DNA from: Nanobdellota archaeon
Lineage (GTDB): Archaea; Nanobdellota; Nanobdellia; Parvarchaeales; Parvarchaeaceae
Assembly: GCA_021797085.1 (NCBI GenBank)
Contig: JAKAAG010000009.1
Span: 1-32,000, forward strand
DNA length: 32,000 nt
Reading direction: 5' to 3'
A program made the translations under genes and the position numbers. Shown here in pieces: positions 25,281 to 31,695 of the stretch. The notes under the pieces were generated by a model, which saw only the letters and a list, made by a program, of their open reading frames with translations, did not search any database and had not been told where the DNA came from. Every line of letters begins with the position of its first letter. Position 1 is the stretch's first letter.

Positions 25281-25575
25281 ATGGAAGGTAAGATTAGAAG
25301 AACATTGGAAGCATTGACAGAGATAGCCTTGAACAGAAATCAGCTACTCATACTTAAAGAAATTGGAGGAAGCCCCTGGCAAATCGGCTTACAGTATTCT
25401 TAAAGCAATAGAAGAAAAGTACAACATAAGAAGTTCTACTTTGAAATTAAATGCAAGATCTCTTAGAAGGCTAGGTTTAATAGACTTCAGCAAGGGCAAA
25501 AACGCAGAACTCACAATCAACGGAAAGGTAATACTTTCCGTTATAAAAAACAGGGAGGCAGAAAATGGAAAATAA
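25281..25575 (+). pseudogene. winged-helix (MarR/ArsR-like) regulator split by a +1 frameshift near 25362-25370
   Basis: Frame A (ATG 25281, TATA-like TTTAAATA at 25249-25256) gives MEGKIRRTLEALTEIALNRNQLLILKEIGG and then stops at 25403. Frame B (track ORF 25363..25575, TTG start) continues EEAPGKSAYSILKAIEEKYNIRSSTLKLNARSLRRLGLIDF.... Joined, they make one ~98-aa wHTH. Confidence 0.5.
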
Positions 25576-25601
25576 GGGAGAAAGGTATAAAACAATAACA
25601 T

Positions 25602-26243
25602 TTGATAGGAACATTTATCGGTGGCAGGGAAACCTTCAAGCTTAAAAGTGAAAACCCAGCAAAACTAAGCAAAAAAACGCTGAATGAAATCATAGATTTT
25701 ACGGTAAAAACCTTTCAAAGCGGTATGACAGAATCAGAAGTTATGGACCATGTAACGGATAATGATCTTTTTTTGGTATTGTACAAAGGTAGGAAAGCTA
25801 TTGGCTTCGCAGGTTCAAAGTATCTATACCTTGAGGATGATGAAAAGAAAAACGCATATTTCTCTGCAGCCGTTGTTTCGAGTGACTTTCAAGGCAGAAG
25901 GTTATACAATGAACTTGTAAAAGCAAGGGTAGACGAAGCATTTGCACTCGGTTTTGACAAAATAACCACCAGGACTCAAAATCCTCTTGTTGAATTCACA
26001 ATAAGGGAAGAGCTAAACCTGAGAACAAATCAAAACTTCATTTCGGGTTATTCTGTTGATAGAAAATTGATACCTGCAGTATTTGGACGCAGGCTTACTG
26101 AAAAGTTTCAAACGTGCAAATATGGCTCAATAAATGAAGAATATAACAAACTTGACCTTGACAGGGGCGATGGATACTACCTGACATTTAATTTGAAGCG
26201 ACAGGATAATATAAATGATAACAAAGCAGTAGGTTACATATGA
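25602..26243 (+). CDS. GNAT-like acetyltransferase
   Basis: YFSAAVVSSDFQGRRLYNELVKARVDEAFALGF resembles GNAT motif A. The TTG start is uncertain. Confidence 0.5.
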   Translation: MIGTFIGGRETFKLKSENPAKLSKKTLNEIIDFTVKTFQSGMTESEVMDHVTDNDLFLVLYKGRKAIGFAGSKYLYLEDDEKKNAYFSAAVVSSDFQGRRLYNELVKARVDEAFALGFDKITTRTQNPLVEFTIREELNLRTNQNFISGYSVDRKLIPAVFGRRLTEKFQTCKYGSINEEYNKLDLDRGDGYYLTFNLKRQDNINDNKAVGYI

Positions 26244-26947
26244 TAATAGACTTTCACACCCATTCCGGGGTTAGCTTTGATAAATCAACATTTGCTGAAT
26301 TACAGGAAAAAATGCAACAAAATGAGATAGAAAGGGCTGTTATCTTTCCGAGTACCCAAGAATCATACCAAAAATTGATGCAAAAGAACAGCGAAACATT
26401 AGAGAATGCAAGTAAGTTCTTCATTCCTTTTTTGAGGTTTAACCCGAAAATCATCAATAAAGAAGAATTTGAGGAGCTTCAAAAGGGATTTTACGGCTTC
26501 AAGCTGCATCCAAGGGGAGAAAACTTTGACCCTTTAGACAAAAGCTTAGAGGGAATATTCGAAGCAATAGAAAAAACGGGAAAACCAGTAATAATCCATT
26601 CAAGAAAAGAGAACAATATCAATACGGATCCAGACAGGATAATAAATCTGGCAAAGATATACCCAAGAATAAACTTCGTCTTTGCCCATTTTGCAAATGA
26701 CTCCGATGCTTTCTTTTCAAAGATAAATGAATTCGAAAACGCATACGTAGACACATCTGTTGTGTCCTCCCCATTTATAATAGAAAGAAGAGTAAAGGAG
26801 ATAACATCAAAGAAAATAGTGTTCGGCTCAGATTACCCGTTCTCGGATCAGGAAATAGAGCTCCTTAAGATAAAAAAAGCAAAGATATCTGAAATGGAGA
26901 AGGAGGACATACTCCAGGGAAATGCGGAAAAGCTGCTAAAAACGTAA
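26240..26947 (+). CDS. metal-dependent amidohydrolase (TIM-barrel, Amidohydro_2-like)
   Basis: IIDFHTH (HxH), FKLHP, VIIHS, FAHF and VFGSDYPF. It overlaps the upstream gene by ATGA. Confidence 0.7.
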   Translation: MIIDFHTHSGVSFDKSTFAELQEKMQQNEIERAVIFPSTQESYQKLMQKNSETLENASKFFIPFLRFNPKIINKEEFEELQKGFYGFKLHPRGENFDPLDKSLEGIFEAIEKTGKPVIIHSRKENNINTDPDRIINLAKIYPRINFVFAHFANDSDAFFSKINEFENAYVDTSVVSSPFIIERRVKEITSKKIVFGSDYPFSDQEIELLKIKKAKISEMEKEDILQGNAEKLLKT

Positions 26948-26950
26948 AAT

Positions 26951-27009
26951 TTAAGCTTTTTAGATTTAAACTAAATTATTAAGCTTTGCATGATAGTTAA
27001 TATTATCAT
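26951..27009 (+). promoter_or_regulatory. direct and inverted repeats upstream of the APH-type kinase gene
   Basis: TTAAGCTTT occurs at 26951-26959 and 26979-26987. The inverted repeat ATGATA (26990-26995) / TATCAT (27004-27009) ends 3 nt before ATG 27012. Confidence 0.3.
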
Positions 27010-27011
27010 AT

Positions 27012-28022
27012 ATGACCGAAAGTATTTCCCGTATAAAAAAGGCAGTTAACAGAATAAAAAGCAGGCAACTGGGTTTAAGCACTCCGATAAAAGTTCAAAA
27101 TATACAGGCCATACGCTCTGGAGAAACACACTACAATTACCTTCTAACAATAAATGGCAGAAAATTCCTGTTAAGGCTTACATCGGTAAGAAAAGACGAT
27201 AAAGGCGGAAACAGCTGGGGAGCTGCAAGGATAAACATGGAATTCAACGGCATAAAAAGCCTAGAAAAATTGAAGATTGCTCCCAAGGTCTATTACAAAG
27301 ACACTTCCTGCAAGATTCTAAGCAAACCTTTCATTATATCTGATTATGTTTCAGGCAAACCTATTAAAAAAATGAGAGACCGTGATTTAAAGTCTTTATC
27401 CTTAATACTTGCGGAACTGCACAGCATACACAACATTAAAGGATTAAGAAAAGAACCTGCTAAAGAGTACAACAAAGGATACATTAAAAAGAGAGTAGAC
27501 CTAATAACTGCTGCTAATTTCAGATATGTAAACAAAAGCTTCAAAAGTGCTTTAATTGAAGCATATACAAAGGTAGAAAGTATAAGACTGAAAAAGCAAA
27601 GACTTTCAGTTATACATGGTGATGTGGGCAAAGATAACCTTCTAAGAACGGAAACTGGCCTAAAGTTAATAGACTGGGAAAGTGTCAGGCTTTCAGAGCC
27701 GCAATTCGAGATAGCTACTGCATTAGACAGATTGAATCTAAATGATAAGAAGAGAGAGCTATTCCTTTCAGAATATATAAAAAACTCAGAAAAAGAAAAC
27801 CTAGAGGGATTAAATGACTATGAAAAGATAAGGTATTTTGACAGGTTACTATGGTCGATCTCTGAATTTGTAAAGCTGGAAGAAGGTATAACAGAAAAAG
27901 AAAAGGCAAGGCAAAAATCTCCATTGAAATATACACACAATGCCCATGTAGAATTCATAAGATGCAAGGCCTTGAGGTTATTCCCAAAGAAAACTATCTT
28001 AATAATATACCAAAAAAAATAG
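27012..28022 (+). CDS. aminoglycoside/choline-kinase-type phosphotransferase (APH family)
   Basis: VIHGDVGKDNLL (catalytic loop) and LIDWESV (metal-binding D). The size is typical. Confidence 0.75.
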   Translation: MTESISRIKKAVNRIKSRQLGLSTPIKVQNIQAIRSGETHYNYLLTINGRKFLLRLTSVRKDDKGGNSWGAARINMEFNGIKSLEKLKIAPKVYYKDTSCKILSKPFIISDYVSGKPIKKMRDRDLKSLSLILAELHSIHNIKGLRKEPAKEYNKGYIKKRVDLITAANFRYVNKSFKSALIEAYTKVESIRLKKQRLSVIHGDVGKDNLLRTETGLKLIDWESVRLSEPQFEIATALDRLNLNDKKRELFLSEYIKNSEKENLEGLNDYEKIRYFDRLLWSISEFVKLEEGITEKEKARQKSPLKYTHNAHVEFIRCKALRLFPKKTILIIYQKK

Positions 28023-28083
28023 AAGTTGATATTAAATGATTGGGATTTTTGCATAAGTTTACCATAAATTCATCTATCTTATT

Positions 28084-28133
28084 AACTTCTTTATAATAGT
28101 AAACTATTTATATTGGTAAACTTCTATAATAGT
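28084..28133 (+). promoter_or_regulatory. promoter with TATA box flanked by two direct repeats (operator-like)
   Basis: AACTTCTTTATAATAGT (28084-28100) and AACTTCTATAATAGT (28119-28133) bracket TTTATAT (28107-28113). The SD AAGGAGGT at 28140-28147 precedes ATG 28152. Confidence 0.4.
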
Positions 28134-28151
28134 TATTAAAAGGAGGTTAGT

Positions 28152-28652
28152 ATGGAAAACAAATTGGATTTGATTTTATTGGAAGAGCTAACTAGAAAGT
28201 ACGGTGCTGCAGGCCCTTTTACAGGAGCTAAGAAAAGAAGCGATTCCGAGGTTAATTCCTACCGTCTCGACATAGATAATGGGGACAGTAGACTGGAAAT
28301 AAATATGCTTGAAGTTGGCAAAAATGCGACTGGCGAATCAAAGGTTATATACTTAAGTTTGAATACGAGAAGGAAACCATATGATGATTATAAGAGAATT
28401 CTAGATTACAGACGTGCAGTCGATCAGTTTAAAAAGCTAACGTTATTCACTGGATGCGGGCACAGAAAGAGAGATTATCCCGTAGATACCCCCAAATTTT
28501 ATCCTGCCATCTCTTGCTGGTGGAAATGCTACGGAAAGGAATCCGATTCGGCTTTCGTTGAACTGAAATACACTAACAGCGTAAAGATTGCTTTAGACGC
28601 CCTCAAAAAGTTTGCCTACGACAAGGAAGGCTTCGAAAAATTAATCGATTAA
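28152..28652 (+). CDS. hypothetical protein, tandem paralog A (166 aa)
   Basis: Strong SD. Ends are shared with paralog B: MENKLDLILLEELTRKYG...DYKRIL...LTLFTG...KYTNSVK...LKKFAYDKEGFEKL. It carries an extra ~20-aa insert, CGHRKRDYPVDTPKFYPAISCWWKC. Confidence 0.6.
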   Translation: MENKLDLILLEELTRKYGAAGPFTGAKKRSDSEVNSYRLDIDNGDSRLEINMLEVGKNATGESKVIYLSLNTRRKPYDDYKRILDYRRAVDQFKKLTLFTGCGHRKRDYPVDTPKFYPAISCWWKCYGKESDSAFVELKYTNSVKIALDALKKFAYDKEGFEKLID

Positions 28653-28671
28653 AGGAGCATAAGCAGGAAAT

Positions 28672-29109
28672 ATGGAAAATAAATTGGATTTGATTTTATT
28701 GGAAGAGCTAACTAGAAGGTATGGGAAGGCTGAAAATGATTCTTTTCCGGGAGAAAAAAGGAATTTCAGCACCAATTCCTACTTTCTTGACATAAACGAA
28801 GGGAGAAACAGAATCGAAGTGCGTATGCATGAATATCCAGCCGGTAACTCAAGGGTTATAAATTTGGATTTATATGCAAAGAGCGGTCCATTTCGCGACT
28901 ATAAGAGGATTTTAAGTTACACGCGCGGATTTGATGATGAGAAAAACCTTACTTTATTAACTGGAAACAAGTACAAAGAGAACAGAAATTACAGCAAAGA
29001 TGATTCGACCTTCATTGAAATGAAATACACCAAGAATGTAAAGAACGCCATAAATATCCTTAAAAACTTTGCTTATAACAAAGAAGCCTTTGAAAAATTA
29101 GCTCAATGA
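28672..29109 (+). CDS. hypothetical protein, tandem paralog B (145 aa)
   Basis: MENKLDLILLEELTRRYG...DYKRIL...LTLLTG...KYTKNVK...LKNFAYNKEAFEKL. A weaker SD (AAGGAGC) lies upstream. Confidence 0.6.
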   Translation: MENKLDLILLEELTRRYGKAENDSFPGEKRNFSTNSYFLDINEGRNRIEVRMHEYPAGNSRVINLDLYAKSGPFRDYKRILSYTRGFDDEKNLTLLTGNKYKENRNYSKDDSTFIEMKYTKNVKNAINILKNFAYNKEAFEKLAQ

Positions 29110-29207
29110 ACGAGGCACAGAGCCATATCCTCAACAATTTTGGCTTTGCGGGTAATTTTCTTTGATTTTATATATATTTAGATATTACTTACCACCCAGA
29201 ATTAAAG

Positions 29208-29216
29208 TTTATATAA
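29208..29216 (+). promoter_or_regulatory. TATA-like box
   Basis: TTTATATAA lies 21-29 nt upstream of ATG 29237. This supports that start over the track's 29162. Confidence 0.4.
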
Positions 29217-29236
29217 GGTCTTGTTTAATAGTTTTG

Positions 29237-30166
29237 ATGGCAAAGGAAAATTTGGAGATGCTTATTAATGATTTTTCAAGGGTCAAGGATGAAAAACCAA
29301 ATTATGATTTTTGCTATGACACCTACCGTGAAATCGGTGATTATTACCATAAAATATACCAAGAAATGAAAACAGGGTACACAATAAAAGACATAGAAGA
29401 ATTCGCCAGAGATCCAAAAACCTATGAAAAATTGAAAGATAGTTCAAAATTAGGCCTGTTTATATCTGCTGCCATAAACAAAAACATAAAGAAAGGGGAG
29501 AAGATTTTTATAAACTCCCAAATTCCAATTAACCTACTTTTCTATAATTTGAATGGTTTAGAAGCCCATATAAATAAGGCAGGGGATAAATTAGGTTACT
29601 GCGCAAGAAACAGCAAAATCTATGCCAATGAAACGGGAGATTATGCTGGCTCAGACATGATTAATTCAGAACTGCATATCGATAATGCAGGCGATTCTCT
29701 TGCAGAGTACGCAAAAAACAGCAAAATATACGCAAACAGGGCCAAAGATGATGCGGGGCTCTATATGGAAAATTCAGAGCTGCATATAACTATTGCAGAC
29801 GATTACCTTGGGTCTGGCGCAGAGAACAGCAAAATATACGCCTGCAATACAGGTGTTTGGGCAGGTTATTACATGAAAAATTCGGAATTAAAGGTAGTAA
29901 ATACGCTTGATTGCCTTGGCTACGGAGCGAAAAACAGCATAATATTCGCTGAAAAAATGAAAATTCGATACAACAAAGACAGCTATAACAAAGCAGAGGG
30001 CCTAAAGCTATACATTGGCGTACTGGAAGGAAAATTGAAGAGCAGGCTGGGATTGTTGACAAACCTCACAGAAAAAGGGAATGAAGTTTATCTGGCCATG
30101 GAAACATACAATAAACACAAGATATTATACCAAATGGCGGGAACAAAGGCCTGGAATAGACAATAA
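29237..30166 (+). CDS. repeat protein: N-terminal helical region plus degenerate GXGXG-type (FwdC / GltB C-terminal-like) beta-helix
   Basis: Eight consecutive 18-aa units alternate between two types: NSKIYANxxGDxAGxxMx and NSELHIxNAGDxLxxxAx. This is the same register as M-x-G-G-x-I-x-V-x-G-N-A-G-D in GXGXG beta-helices, with NS in place of GG. Confidence 0.5.
   Translation: MAKENLEMLINDFSRVKDEKPNYDFCYDTYREIGDYYHKIYQEMKTGYTIKDIEEFARDPKTYEKLKDSSKLGLFISAAINKNIKKGEKIFINSQIPINLLFYNLNGLEAHINKAGDKLGYCARNSKIYANETGDYAGSDMINSELHIDNAGDSLAEYAKNSKIYANRAKDDAGLYMENSELHITIADDYLGSGAENSKIYACNTGVWAGYYMKNSELKVVNTLDCLGYGAKNSIIFAEKMKIRYNKDSYNKAEGLKLYIGVLEGKLKSRLGLLTNLTEKGNEVYLAMETYNKHKILYQMAGTKAWNRQ
29555..29986 (+). 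repeat. intragenic tandem repeat, 54-nt unit / 108-nt super-period, 8 units
   Basis: AACAGCAAAAT(C/A)TA(T/C)GC recurs at 29609, 29717 and 29825, with a degenerate copy (AACAGCATAATATTCGC) at 29933. The copies are exactly 108 nt apart. Confidence 0.8.
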
Positions 30167-30237
30167 AAACAGCATAAAAATTAAAACACTTGAAGCAGAG
30201 CATCAGTTAATAAATAATAGTAGCCTTAATTAAAGAT

Positions 30238-30780
30238 ATGAAGGAGATAGAAACTAAGATAATAGACATAAATGAAAGAGAAGTGAGAGAAAGGCTAGCA
30301 AAAATCGGTGCAAAGAAGATAGGAAACTTATTTTACAGAAGATATGTATTCTTTCTGACTGACAAAAAGGAAATAGATGAATTTGTAAGGGTAAGGACAG
30401 ACGGTAAAAAAACGACTATTACTTACAAATACAGAGAAGGAAGCGGATTGAGGAATACAGAAGAGATAGAAACTGAAGCAGAAGATTTCAAAAAAGCAAC
30501 TGAAATATTCAAAAAAGCATTGAAAATAAAACCTATCTACCAGGAAAACAAGGTTGAAAAATGGCTTTACAAGGGGGTAGAAATAGACATAATTTACTGG
30601 CCTTTGATAAAACCTATACTGGAGATAGAAGGTAAAACCGTAAAAGATGTTGTTAAGACAAAGGAAAAGCTGAACATAAAAGGAATGGACATAGGAAACA
30701 AGAACCTTGACTTCACGTTTAGATACTACAATCAAGCCGGAAAAGACAACGGCAATTTGTACTTTAAAAAACAAAAGTAA
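30238..30780 (+). CDS. CYTH-domain protein (class IV adenylyl cyclase / triphosphate tunnel metalloenzyme family)
   Basis: N-terminal EIETK (the ExExK motif), then VRVRTDGKKTTITYK and IDIIYWPLIKPILEIEG. Size is about 180 aa. Confidence 0.75.
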   Translation: MKEIETKIIDINEREVRERLAKIGAKKIGNLFYRRYVFFLTDKKEIDEFVRVRTDGKKTTITYKYREGSGLRNTEEIETEAEDFKKATEIFKKALKIKPIYQENKVEKWLYKGVEIDIIYWPLIKPILEIEGKTVKDVVKTKEKLNIKGMDIGNKNLDFTFRYYNQAGKDNGNLYFKKQK

Positions 30781-31695
30781 TTACTTATATTTTAATTTTG
30801 ATCTTTTGGCCGTTACCATGCCCGGCCTCAACGCAAAAGTCAGCCTCCCATCAGAATAAATGAAGGGGGTGCCTAACACAGTATTACAATTATTACAAAC
30901 GAAATTTGGGACATCTTTTATACTATCGTATCTTACCCTTTTCTCAAAAGAGGATAATGAGGGTGGATACATAAACCTGTTGAGATAACACCTTTTTAGT
31001 TCTCCAGGGCCATCCTTTTGGTATATTGCAACCTTCGAATCGCAGCTCCTGCAGTAAAGATCCAGCAATTTGGCTGTTCCCCCTCTAGCACTTCTGTAAG
31101 AGTCATGTTTAAGCTTTATTGGGCCATCCTTCCCAACGCCTTCTTTTAGGTAAATTTTATATATCTCGGACACTGTTTCATCCACCTTTCCTTCCTTATT
31201 GACTATCTCAAAATCATACATTCCATAAAATTTGCCGGCAACGAAATCATTATACTCTCCAATTGCAGTTTCCAGACGCGATTTATCATCCCGCTTCTCA
31301 ATTGATAAATGACTCTTCAAGTAATCCAATGATGATGGTCTCAAATAAACGGACAAAATATTGTTTGTAAGCTCTAGGCTTATTTTATCGATTTTCTGTA
31401 TTGGCCAGTCTAACAACGGGAATAAACCAGCTTGTGAGTATTTTATTATTGCATCTCTTGGAGTGCCATAATAGTTTCCATATATGTTGTTGACGAAAAC
31501 AAATTTGCCATTCTTCTCCATCTCCTTAAATTCCTCAATGGAAAGGTGGATCTTATCCTTTTCATTTGGTCTAAGCGGCCTGGTAGTAAATGGAGATATG
31601 TAAACAAACCTTGAGTCTAAATCCTTTAATTTGTTTATAATCGTCGATTTTCCAACGCCTGTCGGGCCAAGAAGTAACAATAGCTTATTTTTCAT
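30781..31695 (-). CDS. guanylate-kinase-like P-loop kinase fused to a C-terminal double-CxxC domain
   Basis: LLLLGPTGVGKSTI, SPFTTRPLRPNEKD...EEFKEM...NYYGTP and DFEIVNKEG parallel Gmk blocks. The C-terminal ~110 aa contain CRSC and CNNC about 48 residues apart. The gene overlaps the upstream gene by 11 nt. Confidence 0.6.
   Translation of the reverse strand: MKNKLLLLLGPTGVGKSTIINKLKDLDSRFVYISPFTTRPLRPNEKDKIHLSIEEFKEMEKNGKFVFVNNIYGNYYGTPRDAIIKYSQAGLFPLLDWPIQKIDKISLELTNNILSVYLRPSSLDYLKSHLSIEKRDDKSRLETAIGEYNDFVAGKFYGMYDFEIVNKEGKVDETVSEIYKIYLKEGVGKDGPIKLKHDSYRSARGGTAKLLDLYCRSCDSKVAIYQKDGPGELKRCYLNRFMYPPSLSSFEKRVRYDSIKDVPNFVCNNCNTVLGTPFIYSDGRLTFALRPGMVTAKRSKLKYK

Noticed and set aside
29162-29236. 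N-terminal extension of the beta-helix protein proposed by the ORF track (MILYIFRYYLPPRIKVYIRSCLIVL)
   Set aside because: The extension runs through TATA-like sequences (29164-29180, 29208-29216) and has a non-protein-like composition. ATG 29237 has a correctly spaced TATA box.
30328-30774. 148-aa minus-strand ORF fully antisense to the CYTH gene. Similar long antisense ORFs occur at 920..1255, 2681..3043, 4302..4616, 10036..10380, 21768..22151, 22927..23313 and 27344..27631.
   Set aside because: These are F/L/S/C-rich translations with no motifs. They are the expected stop-free shadow of K/E/N-rich (AAR/GAR) sense codons in AT-rich coding DNA. In every case the sense-strand protein has clear family signatures.
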